Origin: an uncultured Pelagibacteraceae bacterium
GTDB taxonomy: Bacteria; Pseudomonadota; Alphaproteobacteria; Pelagibacterales; Pelagibacteraceae
DNA length: 64,000 nucleotides
Assembly: GCA_902530885.1 (NCBI GenBank)
Contig: CACABZ010000002.1
Location: 2,692 to 66,691, forward strand
Direction: 5' to 3'
In this document: piece after piece, positions 16,751 through 31,489 of the stretch
How positions within the stretch are numbered: position 1 is the stretch's first letter
Layout of the letters: every line of letters begins with the position of its first letter
Translations under genes and position numbers: made by a program
The notes under the pieces: generated by a model
Told to the model about the DNA's origin: nothing
Databases searched by the model: none
Seen by the model: only the letters and a program-made list of their open reading frames with translations

Positions 16751-17525
16751 TTTTTTCAGCTATATTTTTAAATAGTTTAGAAACCTCATGTTCTGGTTGA
16801 GAATGAGTAAGAGGATTACCAATATCTGCTGAATTTCTTAAGTCTTGATGTAGAGGGAGATGTCCTAAAAAATCTTTGTTAAACTCTTCAGCAGTTTTCT
16901 TGACACCACTTTCTCCAAAAATTTTATATTCTTTTCCATCATCCCCTTTAAAAAAACTCATATTGTCAATTAAACCTAAAATTTTTACTCCTGTCTTATC
17001 AAACATTTGTATTCCTCTTTTTACATCAAGTAATGCTAAATCTTGTGGAGTTGAGACAATAACTGCTCCATCAATCTTTACTTCTTGAGCAAATGTTAAC
17101 TGAGTGTCTCCAGTACCTGGTGGCATATCAATTATGATGACATCCCTATCTTTCCATAAAACTTTTTGTGTCATTGTTTTAATTGCGCTGATAACCATAG
17201 GTCCACGCCAAATCATTGGCGTTTGTTCATTAACTAAAAAACCCATGGACATGCATTGTGCATTATATTTTTCGGGTGGAATAATTGCTTTACCATTTTC
17301 AGTCTCTGGCTTTTCTTTTAAATTAATTAGTTTAGGTAGCGATGGCCCATATACGTCAGCATCTAGTATTCCAATTTTTAATCCTAGGTTTTGTAAAGCA
17401 AATGCAAGATTTACGGCTATGGTCGACTTACCTACCCCGCCTTTTGCACTTGAAACTAATAAAGTATACTTAGTTCCATTAATTGGTCTTTTGATAAATT
17501 GCTTTGGAGGAGGTTTAATTCTCAT
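16731..17525 (-). CDS. mrp: Mrp/ApbC Fe-S cluster carrier ATPase
   Basis: [33 protein letters not shown]. Confidence 0.92.
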   Translation of the reverse strand: MRIKPPPKQFIKRPINGTKYTLLVSSAKGGVGKSTIAVNLAFALQNLGLKIGILDADVYGPSLPKLINLKEKPETENGKAIIPPEKYNAQCMSMGFLVNEQTPMIWRGPMVISAIKTMTQKVLWKDRDVIIIDMPPGTGDTQLTFAQEVKIDGAVIVSTPQDLALLDVKRGIQMFDKTGVKILGLIDNMSFFKGDDGKEYKIFGESGVKKTAEEFNKDFLGHLPLHQDLRNSADIGNPLTHSQPEHEVSKLFKNIAEKIKQSFH

Positions 17526-17566
17526 AGATTATTCATTTTTTCGGTCATAATATCGCTATTACTTAA

Positions 17567-17602
17567 CTTGTTTTTACACCAAAAGTCACTATATAAAGTG
17601 AC
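17567..17602 (+). promoter_or_regulatory. Candidate RpoH-type promoter overlapped by an inverted repeat
   Basis: CTTG-N17-ACTATAT upstream of hflK; GTCACT-N6-AGTGAC at 17585-17602. Confidence 0.4.
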
Positions 17603-18706
17603 ATGAGTTTCATAGGAAGTATATTTAAAAATCAGTCGCCTTGGGGATCATCAGGTCCAGGCGGCGGTAGCGGCAATGGTTCAGGTTCAAGAAGAGAACC
17701 ACCAAATATAGACGAACTAATTAGAAATATTCAAAATAAAATTAATAGATTTATGCCAGGAGGTAAATCTGGCGGAGGCAAACCAATAGTTTTAGGATTA
17801 ATAATTTTAGCAGTAATTTGGGTGTTAAGCGGTTTATATAGGGTACTTCCAGATGAACAAGGAGTTGTTTTAAGATTTGGAAAATTTGTGAACACTACTC
17901 AACCTGGATTAAATTATCATATACCTTTTCCAGTAGAAAGAGTTCTAAAACCAAAGGTAACAAAAGTTAACAGAATAGACGTTGGATTCAGAGGAGCAAG
18001 TGATAGCGGAAGATCATCTGGTATTGGAGAAGTTCCAGAGGAGAGCTTAATGCTAACTGGCGATGAAAATATTGTAGATATTAATTACTCAGTTTTTTGG
18101 GTTATTAAAGATGCGGGTAAATTTTTATTTAATATACAAAGTCCAGTTGAAACCGTAAAGGCTACATCAGAAACAGCGATGAGAGAAGTGATAGCAAAGA
18201 GTGAAATCCAATCCATTTTAACAGAGGGTAGATCAAACATAGAAATTGAAGTTCAAGAAATAACACAATCAATTTTAGATGAATATGGCTCGGGTATTCA
18301 AATTACACAAGTACAAACACAAAAAGCCGATCCACCAAACCAAGTTATTGATGCATTTAGAGATGTTCAAGCTGCTAGGGCTGATAAAGAGAGATCTAAA
18401 AATGAAGCAGAAGCGTATGCAAACGATGTAATTCCAAGAGCCCGAGGAGATGCTGAAAAAATATTACAAGAGGCCGAGGCTTATAAAAAAGAAGTAGTAG
18501 CTACAGCAGAAGGTGAGGCTTCACGTTTCTTAGCAATTTATGGAGAATATAAAAACGCTAAACAAGTAACCCAAGAAAGAATGTTTCTTGAAACAATGGA
18601 AAAAGTTTTAGCAGATATTGATAAAGTTATAATTGATAAAGAGTCAGGTTCAGGAGTGGTGCCATATTTACCATTGCCTGAAATCAAAAAGAAGAGCGGT
18701 AGTTAA
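17603..18706 (+). CDS. hflK: FtsH protease modulator HflK
   Basis: SPWG/PPNIDE N-terminus, SPFH domain, MLTGDENIV, VIPRARG. Confidence 0.96.
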   Translation: MSFIGSIFKNQSPWGSSGPGGGSGNGSGSRREPPNIDELIRNIQNKINRFMPGGKSGGGKPIVLGLIILAVIWVLSGLYRVLPDEQGVVLRFGKFVNTTQPGLNYHIPFPVERVLKPKVTKVNRIDVGFRGASDSGRSSGIGEVPEESLMLTGDENIVDINYSVFWVIKDAGKFLFNIQSPVETVKATSETAMREVIAKSEIQSILTEGRSNIEIEVQEITQSILDEYGSGIQITQVQTQKADPPNQVIDAFRDVQAARADKERSKNEAEAYANDVIPRARGDAEKILQEAEAYKKEVVATAEGEASRFLAIYGEYKNAKQVTQERMFLETMEKVLADIDKVIIDKESGSGVVPYLPLPEIKKKSGS

Positions 18707-19578
18707 TGAAAATTTCTAAATTTTTTATACCAATACTTGTAGTTTTAGGCATAACTGCATTTCAATCAATTTTTATTGTTCAAGAAATTAATCAAGCTAT
18801 TGTATTACAGTTTGGTGATCCGAAAAAAATAGTGACGAAGTCTGGTTTAAATTTTAAACTACCATTTATTCAAAATGTCGCTTATTTGGATAAAAGAGTA
18901 TTAAACTTAGACAATCCTCCAGAAGAGGTAATTGCAGCAGATCAAAAACGATTAATAGTCGATGCGATTGCAAGATTTAAAATTACTGACCCGTTAAAAT
19001 TTTATATCTCAGTTGGTAACGAGAGAGTAGCTAGGCAAAGACTTGCAACTATTATCAATTCAAGAATTAGAGGTGTTTTAGGAAAACAGGAGCTAGCAAC
19101 TCTTTTATCAAAAGATAGGGCAAAACAAATGTCTATAATTCAAAATGATGTAAATACTGAAGCTGAAAATTTTGGAATAGAAATTGTTGATGTTCGTATA
19201 AAAAGGGCAGACTTACCACAAGCAAACAGTGAAGCAATTTACGCTCGAATGCAAACAGAGAGACAGAGAGAAGCCAAAGAATTCAGAGCCCAAGGAGCTG
19301 AGATAGCAACAAGAATTAAATCTACAGCAGATAAGGAAGTTACAGTAATACTTGCAAATGCCAAAAAAAAATCAGAAATTATGAAGGGTGAGGGTGATGG
19401 CCAAAGAAATAAAATATTTGCTGATGCGTTTGGCAAAGACCCACAATTTTTTAGTTTCTACAGAGCAATGCAATCTTATGAAAAAGCTCTTATAGGTGGA
19501 GACACATCTTTAATACTTTCACCAGACAGTGATTTCTTTAAATTTTTTGGAAAATCTGGTCTAATTAAAAAAAACTAA
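18706..19578 (+). CDS. hflC: FtsH protease modulator HflC
   Basis: SPFH domain, DVRIKRADLP, RMQTER, FFSFYRAMQSY; follows hflK. Confidence 0.96.
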   Translation: MKISKFFIPILVVLGITAFQSIFIVQEINQAIVLQFGDPKKIVTKSGLNFKLPFIQNVAYLDKRVLNLDNPPEEVIAADQKRLIVDAIARFKITDPLKFYISVGNERVARQRLATIINSRIRGVLGKQELATLLSKDRAKQMSIIQNDVNTEAENFGIEIVDVRIKRADLPQANSEAIYARMQTERQREAKEFRAQGAEIATRIKSTADKEVTVILANAKKKSEIMKGEGDGQRNKIFADAFGKDPQFFSFYRAMQSYEKALIGGDTSLILSPDSDFFKFFGKSGLIKKN

Positions 19579-19586
19579 TCTAAAAT

Positions 19587-19772
19587 ATGAGTGATCTTAT
19601 TATGGCCATAGGATTACTTTTTTTTATAGAAGGTCTTTTACTTGCCATGTTTCCGTCAAGAATAAAAAATATGCTTAAAATTATAGAAACTATGTCTGAA
19701 AATAAGTTAAGATATTCAGGCATTTTTTTCTTATTAATAGGATTTTTTATAATTTGGTACTTGAGAAGCTAA
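19587..19772 (+). CDS. DUF2065 small membrane protein (YjeT-like)
   Basis: AIGLLFFIEGLL..FP, LRYSG; usual position after hflC. Confidence 0.85.
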   Translation: MSDLIMAIGLLFFIEGLLLAMFPSRIKNMLKIIETMSENKLRYSGIFFLLIGFFIIWYLRS

Positions 19773-21188
19773 ATGAAAATACTTAAAAAATTAATAATAG
19801 TTTTTTTAATTTCATCTTATTCTAGCAATATAAATGCTAATACTAGACCAGACTCTTTTGCCGATTTAGCTGAAAAACTCATGCCATCAGTCGTTAACAT
19901 TTCAACTACACAGACAATTCGCACAACAAATAATAATCAATTTCCTTTCCAATTTCCTCCGGGATCACCTTTTGAAGATATGTTTAAAGAATTTCAAAGA
20001 CCAACTGAGCGAAAAGCCTCATCTTTGGGATCTGGCTTTATAATAAAAAAAGAAGGTGTAGTAGTAACAAATAATCACGTTATCGCTAATGCTGAGGATA
20101 TCATCGTGCGAATTGGAGATAAGGAATATAAAGCAGAAGTTTTAGGCTCAGATCCTTACGCAGATGTTGCTGTTTTAAAAATTAAAGATAGCAAAAATGA
20201 TTTTGAAGTTGTGGAGTTTGGTGACTCTGATAAAGCAAGAGTTGGAGACTGGGTTGTGGCAATTGGAAATCCTTTTGGATTAGGTGGCACTGTAACTTCA
20301 GGAATTATTTCAGCAAGAAATAGAGATATTAATTTAACACGTTACGATGATTTTATTCAAACTGATGCATCTATAAATCAGGGAAACTCTGGCGGACCTC
20401 TTTTTAATTTAAAGGGTGAAGTAATTGGAATTAACACAGCTATAATTGCTCCTGGTCAAGCTGGATCAATTGGAATTGGTTTTGCAATTCCTGCAAATGC
20501 TGCTTCAAACATTATTGACCAATTAATAAAATATGGTGAAACAAGAAGAGGTTGGCTTGGAGTTAGAATTCAAGAAGTCACGAAAGAAATCGCGGAAGTA
20601 GAAAATTTAAAAAAACCATCCGGAGCATTAGTTGCAAGTGTAGGAGAAAAAAGCCCCGCAGACAAAGCTGGTATAAAAGCTGGAGACATCATTCTGGAGT
20701 TTGATGGAAAAAAAATTGATACAATGAGAAAACTTCCTAAAGTAGTTGCAAGCACTGATGTCGGAAAAAGTGTTACGCTTAAAATTTGGAGAAATAAAAA
20801 GATGATCGATAAAAGACTTACTCTAGGTAGACTTGAGTCTTCGAGTGAGTTTAAAGAAAAGAAAGCTGAGTTACCCAAAAAAACCAAAGAATTAGATGTA
20901 GACACATTAAAAATAACTGTAAGAGATCTAAACTCAGATGATATTAAAAAAAGAAATTTAAATAAAAGTTTAAAGGGAGCAGTCATCGTAGAGATATCGA
21001 AGAGAAGCCCTGTATTAGGTTTATTAAATGTAAATGACGTGATAATTGAAATCCAAAAAAAACCGATACAAAAAATTGATAACTTAGATAATTTAATTAA
21101 AAAAGTGAAAGATAAAGGACAACCTTTATATCTAACAATTATTAACAATAATAATCAACGTAGATACCTTGGTGTAAAACTCAAATAG
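19773..21188 (+). CDS. degP: Periplasmic serine endoprotease Do/DegQ family
   Basis: TNNHV, IQTDASINQGNSGGPL, two PDZ domains. Confidence 0.93.
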   Translation: MKILKKLIIVFLISSYSSNINANTRPDSFADLAEKLMPSVVNISTTQTIRTTNNNQFPFQFPPGSPFEDMFKEFQRPTERKASSLGSGFIIKKEGVVVTNNHVIANAEDIIVRIGDKEYKAEVLGSDPYADVAVLKIKDSKNDFEVVEFGDSDKARVGDWVVAIGNPFGLGGTVTSGIISARNRDINLTRYDDFIQTDASINQGNSGGPLFNLKGEVIGINTAIIAPGQAGSIGIGFAIPANAASNIIDQLIKYGETRRGWLGVRIQEVTKEIAEVENLKKPSGALVASVGEKSPADKAGIKAGDIILEFDGKKIDTMRKLPKVVASTDVGKSVTLKIWRNKKMIDKRLTLGRLESSSEFKEKKAELPKKTKELDVDTLKITVRDLNSDDIKKRNLNKSLKGAVIVEISKRSPVLGLLNVNDVIIEIQKKPIQKIDNLDNLIKKVKDKGQPLYLTIINNNNQRRYLGVKLK

Positions 21189-21190
21189 TT

Positions 21191-22108
21191 TTGAAAAAAA
21201 AAATTATTTTATTAGCTGGTCCAACTGCATCAGGTAAAACAAAATTAGCAATTAAATTAGCTAAAAGTGTTAATGGTGAGATTATAAATGCAGACAGCAT
21301 GCAAGTATACAAAGATTTTGAAATTTTATCGTCTAGACCAAGTAGAGATGAAATAAAATTAGCAAAACATCATTTATATGGATTTCAATCTTCTGGAGCT
21401 ATTTTTTCTACAGGTAAATGGCTTAAACTTGCTGCAGATAAAATTAATCAAATAGTTAAAAAGGGTAAAGTGCCAATATTAGTGGGTGGGACTGGTCTTT
21501 ATTTTAAGGCGATAACTGATGGTATAAGCAAAATTCCTAACATAAAATTCTCTGATAGAAATAAGATAAGAAATTTGCACAAAAAAATAGGTCAAAAAAA
21601 ATTTTATAAAAAATTAATAAAATTAGATCCTATTTCAAAAAATAAAATTTCTTCATCTGACACTCAAAGATCGCTTAGATCATATGAGGTAAAAAAATTT
21701 ACGAAAAAATCAATTTATGAGTGGGCAAAAAAAACAAAACCCTTATTTAAAGATTATGTATTTAAAAAATTTTTTATTAATACACCAAAAAATCAACTAC
21801 TTAAAAATATTGAGTTAAGAACTAATTCTATGATTAAAAAAAAGTGTATAAATGAGGTCATAAAGTTTAAAAAAAGAAAGCTAAAAAAATCACTTTCACC
21901 CAATAAGATAATTGGGGTTCAAGAAATTCAAAGATTTTTGAGTGGAGATTTAGACCAAAAGAATCTTGTAGAATTAATGAATATTAAAACAAGACAGTAT
22001 ACTAAAAGACAAAAAACTTGGTCCAGAGCTCATATGAGTGATTGGCACATGATATATTCAAGCAAATCTTCTATTCTCTTAAAAAAAATTTTAAAACTCG
22101 TTAGCTAA
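21191..22108 (+). CDS. miaA: tRNA dimethylallyltransferase
   Basis: GPTASGKT, NADSMQVY, VGGTGLY, TRQYTKRQ.TW. Confidence 0.96.
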   Translation: MKKKIILLAGPTASGKTKLAIKLAKSVNGEIINADSMQVYKDFEILSSRPSRDEIKLAKHHLYGFQSSGAIFSTGKWLKLAADKINQIVKKGKVPILVGGTGLYFKAITDGISKIPNIKFSDRNKIRNLHKKIGQKKFYKKLIKLDPISKNKISSSDTQRSLRSYEVKKFTKKSIYEWAKKTKPLFKDYVFKKFFINTPKNQLLKNIELRTNSMIKKKCINEVIKFKKRKLKKSLSPNKIIGVQEIQRFLSGDLDQKNLVELMNIKTRQYTKRQKTWSRAHMSDWHMIYSSKSSILLKKILKLVS

Positions 22109-22145
22109 AACTTGACCAAAGTAGATTCTACGGTAGATTGTATAA

Positions 22146-23911
22146 ATGCCTAAATTATTTACTGGTGCAGAAATAGTTTTTAAAGCCCTAGAAGACCAAA
22201 AAGTTGAATATATTTTTGGTTATCCTGGTGGGGCTGTTCTTCCTATTTATGATGAACTAAAAAATCACAAGTCTATAAAACATATTTTAGCCAGACACGA
22301 ACAAGGCGCAGGACATGCTGCCGAAGGCTATGCTAGATCAAGTGGCAAACCTGGTATATTGTTAGTTACTTCCGGCCCAGGTGCAACAAATGCCGTTACA
22401 GCTTTGACAGATGCTTATATGGACTCTGTTCCTTTAGTTTGTATCTCTGGGCAAGTACCAACACATTTAATTGGGACTGATGCGTTTCAAGAATGTGACA
22501 CTACTGGTATTACTCGTCCTTGCACAAAACATAATTGGCTGGTTAAAGATGTTAATGATCTCGCAAGAGTTTTACATTTAGCTTTTGAAGTAGCCACAAC
22601 AGGAAGACCTGGTCCAGTATTAGTCGATATCCCAAAAGACATTCAATTCAAAAAAGGGAAATATAGTTTTTCTAAAAGCACTCTTAAGAAAAAACTTAAT
22701 GGCAGAGCTACACATAAAATTTCAAACAATGAATTAGATAAATTTATTGATTTATTAAAAAAATCTTCAAAACCAATTTTTTATACTGGGGGAGGAGTTA
22801 TTAATTCTGGGCCGCAAGCCAGCGAATATTTAAGAGAGCTAGTTTCTTTAACTGGCTTTCCAATCACTTCAACATTGCAAGGACTAGGTGCTTACCCTGG
22901 AGACGATCCGCAATTTTTAGGTATGTTAGGTATGCATGGAACATTTGAAGCTAATAACGCAATGCATGATTGTGATTTAATGATTAACATTGGTGCAAGA
23001 TTTGATGACAGAATAACTGGGAAAGTTGATGAGTTTTCTCCTGGATCGAAAAAAATACATATTGATATTGATCCATCGTCTATTGGCAAAAATATAAAAG
23101 TTGATCTAGCAATTGTAAGCGATGTTTCAGAATTCTTAAAATCTTTAATAAAAAGATTTAAAGAAAAAAATAAAAACTTTTTAAGCTCTAACAAACAGAG
23201 GACATCAAAATGGTGGAGCAAAATTGAAAAGTGGAGAGAAAAAAGATCTCTTAACTTTATAAATAGCAACAAAATAATTAAACCACAACACGCAGTTCAA
23301 AGACTGTATGAGTTAACGAAAGATAAAGACACATTTGTGACAACTGAGGTTGGTCAACACCAGATGTGGGCTGCACAACATTATAAGTTCAATAAGCCTA
23401 ACAGATGGATGACCTCTGGAGGATTAGGCACTATGGGGTATGGTTTACCAGCGGCAATTGGTGTTCAAATAGCCAATCCTGGCAAATTAGTAGTAGATAT
23501 AGCTGGTGAAGCTTCAGTTTTAATGACGATGCAAGAAATGTCTACAGCAGTGCAATATAAGTTGCCAATAAAAATATTCATTTTAAACAATGAATACATG
23601 GGAATGGTCAGACAATGGCAAGAATTGTTGCATGAAAAAAACTATTCTGAAAGTTATACCGCTGCTCTACCTGACTTTGTAAAACTTGCTGAGTCATATG
23701 GATGCGTTGGTATGAGAGCAAAAACTCCTGATGAGCTTGACGAAAAGATAAAAGAGATGGTTAATATAGACAGACCAGTAATTTTCGATTGTTTGGTTGA
23801 TAAAGCTGAAAACTGTTTTCCAATGATACCCTCTGGTAAACCACATAATCAAATGATTTTAGGACCTGAAGAAGAGGAAGAAATTTCTGACGAAGGAAAG
23901 ATTTTAGTTTA

Positions 23912-23912
<1 letters not shown>
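22146..23912 (+). CDS. ilvB: Acetolactate synthase large subunit
   Basis: FGYPGGA, RHEQGA, TSGPGATN, VGQHQMW, SGGLGTMG, GMVRQWQ. Confidence 0.96.
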
Positions 23913-25482
<1,570 letters not shown>

Positions 25483-25563
25483 CCCAATCTGAACTAAATT
25501 TTCTAAGATTTAACCATAAGTATTTGCATATTCTCGTTTTGCTTGTAATATGTTTTTCAGTTT

Positions 25564-28180
<2,617 letters not shown>

Positions 28181-28195
28181 TGGACAATAAAACAA

Positions 28196-29047
28196 ATGTC
28201 CTCGAGCAGAGATGATTTTAGCATAGCAATAAGATCGGCTCTTTTAAAAAAAGGAGCTAGACAAAAATTTTCTTTAGTTTTTCTTTTTATCGTAGCCTTA
28301 ATAATTTTTTTATTGGATGTTTATCAATTTAAATTCGTAAAATTGACAAGAACATTGATTAATGATGGGATCTATAGATTAAGTAATATTTCAACAGCAC
28401 CAATCAAGTTGTTGCCCTCTATAAACAATAAAATAAAAGAAACAATATTTGCCATAAATGAAAATAAAGAATTAAAAGTTGAGCTAGAGACACTTAAGAA
28501 CAAAGAATTTCAAGTAGAATTTTTAAAAAATCAAAATGACAGTTTAAGAAGAATTTTAGATTCTGATATAAAAATAAAAGGCAAAAGCACTCTCGCAAAG
28601 GTTTTGCTTGATAAAGATAGCCCTTATTTGAAATCTATCGTTATAAACAGAGGTTCAAAATCTGGCATTAATAAAGGAATGCCTGTGGTTGATGGAAATT
28701 ATCTAATAGGTAAAATAGTTGAAGTTAATTATTTGTCTTCTCGAGTTCTTCTTTTAAATGATCTAAATAGTAGAATACCGATTACATTTGGGGAAGAGTC
28801 TACACAAGCAATTTTAACAGGTAAAAGCGAAAACAAACCTGTGCTTGAGTATTTGCCTGAACTTTATACCCCAAGAAACGATTTGACTGTTTTTACCTCA
28901 GGGAAAGACGGTGTTTTTATTCCAGGTATTCCAATTGGAAAAACTGAATTAGATGGAGAGATCTTAAAGGTAAAACTTTTTTCCGATCCAAATCAACTTT
29001 CATTTGTGACGGTTCAATTGATAAAAATACGAGAGGACAATTTTTAA
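28196..29047 (+). CDS. mreC: Rod shape-determining protein MreC
   Basis: TM plus coiled coil, INRGS..GI.KGMPV, TSGKDGVF..GIPIG. Confidence 0.93.
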   Translation: MSSSRDDFSIAIRSALLKKGARQKFSLVFLFIVALIIFLLDVYQFKFVKLTRTLINDGIYRLSNISTAPIKLLPSINNKIKETIFAINENKELKVELETLKNKEFQVEFLKNQNDSLRRILDSDIKIKGKSTLAKVLLDKDSPYLKSIVINRGSKSGINKGMPVVDGNYLIGKIVEVNYLSSRVLLLNDLNSRIPITFGEESTQAILTGKSENKPVLEYLPELYTPRNDLTVFTSGKDGVFIPGIPIGKTELDGEILKVKLFSDPNQLSFVTVQLIKIREDNF

Positions 29048-29565
29048 TGGCTATTCTTTATAAAAATTTAAGAGCAAATATAACAAATTTGTTTCCACTA
29101 ATTATCCTTTACTATTTGTCTATAAGTGAGATAGACACACACTTTAGTAACATGTTTGAGATTTTGTCATTTAACTTACAAATAATAATTGTTTATTATT
29201 GGATGTTAAGAAACTCCTCTGTTTTAGGAAATGGTCATGTCTTTTTTGCTGGAATTATAAATGATGTTGTAATGGGTCTGCCTTTAGGAATTAGTTCAAT
29301 TTCTTATTTGACAGTTTCCCTTGTAGCTTCGTATGTTCGTCAAGTTACAGTTAACATCTCTTTGTTTACAGACTGGTTCACATTTTTATTAGCAATTTTT
29401 TTCTCGAGTTTGGTTCATGTAGTATTAATCTCAAATTTTTCTAGCCTTCAAATTTCATTTATTGATGTTTCCTATAATGCTTTTTTCACTTTTTTATTTT
29501 ATCCATTTATTTGGATAATATTCAATTTTTATAAACAAATAATGGTTTTAAAAACTGATGATTAA
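29047..29565 (+). CDS. mreD: Rod shape-determining protein MreD
   Basis: Polytopic; YYW, GIINDVVMGLPLG; lies between mreC and mrdA. Confidence 0.88.
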   Translation: MAILYKNLRANITNLFPLIILYYLSISEIDTHFSNMFEILSFNLQIIIVYYWMLRNSSVLGNGHVFFAGIINDVVMGLPLGISSISYLTVSLVASYVRQVTVNISLFTDWFTFLLAIFFSSLVHVVLISNFSSLQISFIDVSYNAFFTFLFYPFIWIIFNFYKQIMVLKTDD

Positions 29566-31489
29566 TTTTGGATCTGGAAATACAATAATTAAGTCAAAAC
29601 TAATTAGTAGAAGAATGTTTATATTAAATGCAGCTAAGGCAGCAGTATTTTTTGGTATTTTTGGTAGACTTGTTTCTCTTCAAATTAACGAGGCTAATAA
29701 ATATAAAACTCTATCAGATAAAAATAGGTTTAGAGAATGGAAGCTAGCTCCTCAAAGGGGAATTATAAGAGATTTCTTTAACCGAGAAATAGCCTCAAAT
29801 GAAAAAGTATATCAATTACACATTACTCCTGAAAACTCACCTAATTTAGAAACACTTTTTTTTAGATTAAAAACTATCCTAAACCTAACTGATAAAAGAA
29901 TATTTTTTTTGAAAAGAAAAATGGCTAAGCAGAAACCCTGGGAACCAATAATTGTATCTGACAATCTGACATGGTCTGAATTTTCACGAATAAACCTGTT
30001 TTTACATGAACTTCCTGGAGTTGAACCCGTTGTATCAGTCGCACGTTTATATCCAGATACTTCAGCAGCTCATTTGGTAGGGTATGTTTCACAAGTAAGT
30101 CAAAAAGACCTTCAAAAGAAACTATATTTGAAAGATATGTCTGTTGGAATCGCAGTTGGAAAAACAGGTTTGGAAAATAAACTTGATGAAAATATTATTG
30201 GTAAGGTAGGATTTCAAAGATACGAAGTTAATGCTTTTGGAAAAAGAATTAAACAAATACAAGTAGATCCGGGACAAGCAGGAGAAAATTTTAGAACCAC
30301 AATTGATTTAGATGTTCAAAAATTCACGGCTGAGGCAATCAAAGAGAAGGCTGCATCTGTTTGTGTTATGGATATTTATAACGGTGATATTATTACATTA
30401 GCCTCTTCACCAAGTTTTGATCCTAACTCATTTGTACATGGTATAGATAAAAAATATTGGGAACAATTAATCTCTAATGAGAAAAAACCACTTAATAATA
30501 AAGCAATTTCTGGACTGTACCCACCTGGATCAACAATTAAAACAATAGTTGCGCTTAGTGCTTTGGAAAATGATGTTTGGAATCCAAAAAAATATATTAC
30601 TTGCAATGGTTTAACCGAACTTTATGGAGAAAAATTTCACTGTTGGAAAAAGAAAGGACATGGTCCAATGAATATGAGATCTGCTATTCAAAGATCCTGC
30701 GATGTTTATTTTTATGAAGTCGCAAGAATACTTGGTGTAGACAGATTATCAGAAACTGCAAAAAAATTTGGATTAGGCAAAAAAGTTTTAGATGGATTTA
30801 TCGAAGAAAGAGAGGGAGTAGTCCCAAACACTGCCTGGAAAAGAAAATACATTGGAAAAAGTTGGTACTTAGGTGAAACGCTTCACTCTGGTATCGGTCA
30901 AGGTTATTTTCAAAGTACACCATTACAGCTCTGTTTAATGACAGCTCAAATTGCAAACGGTGGTTTTGAGATCAAACCAAGAGTTTTAATAAATGAAAAC
31001 AAAAATAAATTAAGAGAATATATTCAGTTTAAAAATGAAAATCCTAATGATCCTCTTCCTATAGACATGTTAGTATCAAATTTTGATTTAAAACCACTCT
31101 TTAGAAACCAAGAAAATATAAATTTTGTCAAAGATGCAATGTTTGCAGCAACAAATGAAGCAGGTGGAACTTCTTATCGATCAAGATTAAACGAAAAAAA
31201 ATTTATGTTTGCTGGGAAAACTGGATCCTCTCAAGTAAAAAGATTTACAGAAGAACAAAGGGAGTTAGAAGTAAAACAAGAAGATATAGTTTACAAAGAT
31301 AGGGATCATGCTTTATTTGTAGCCTTCGCTCCCGTATCAGATCCTAAGTATGCGATAAGCGTGGTTGTTGAACATGGTGGATCAGGAAGCAGTGCTGCTG
31401 CACCAATAGCAAAGAAAGTTATAAAAAAAGTTTTAGAGAGAAATGAGTTAAGAGAAAAATTTGAAAACATAAAAGGAGAAGAAATTTAA
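29558..31489 (+). CDS. mrdA: Penicillin-binding protein 2
   Basis: PGSTIK (SxxK), SCD, KTG, DHALF. Confidence 0.96.
   Translation: MINFGSGNTIIKSKLISRRMFILNAAKAAVFFGIFGRLVSLQINEANKYKTLSDKNRFREWKLAPQRGIIRDFFNREIASNEKVYQLHITPENSPNLETLFFRLKTILNLTDKRIFFLKRKMAKQKPWEPIIVSDNLTWSEFSRINLFLHELPGVEPVVSVARLYPDTSAAHLVGYVSQVSQKDLQKKLYLKDMSVGIAVGKTGLENKLDENIIGKVGFQRYEVNAFGKRIKQIQVDPGQAGENFRTTIDLDVQKFTAEAIKEKAASVCVMDIYNGDIITLASSPSFDPNSFVHGIDKKYWEQLISNEKKPLNNKAISGLYPPGSTIKTIVALSALENDVWNPKKYITCNGLTELYGEKFHCWKKKGHGPMNMRSAIQRSCDVYFYEVARILGVDRLSETAKKFGLGKKVLDGFIEEREGVVPNTAWKRKYIGKSWYLGETLHSGIGQGYFQSTPLQLCLMTAQIANGGFEIKPRVLINENKNKLREYIQFKNENPNDPLPIDMLVSNFDLKPLFRNQENINFVKDAMFAATNEAGGTSYRSRLNEKKFMFAGKTGSSQVKRFTEEQRELEVKQEDIVYKDRDHALFVAFAPVSDPKYAISVVVEHGGSGSSAAAPIAKKVIKKVLERNELREKFENIKGEEI

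Noticed and set aside
20570-21148. Long antisense or shadow ORFs (also 8101-8448, 17104-17550, 22892-23272, 41997-42464, 57698-58108 and others)
   Set aside because: They overlap well-supported genes and show no recognisable motifs or start signals.
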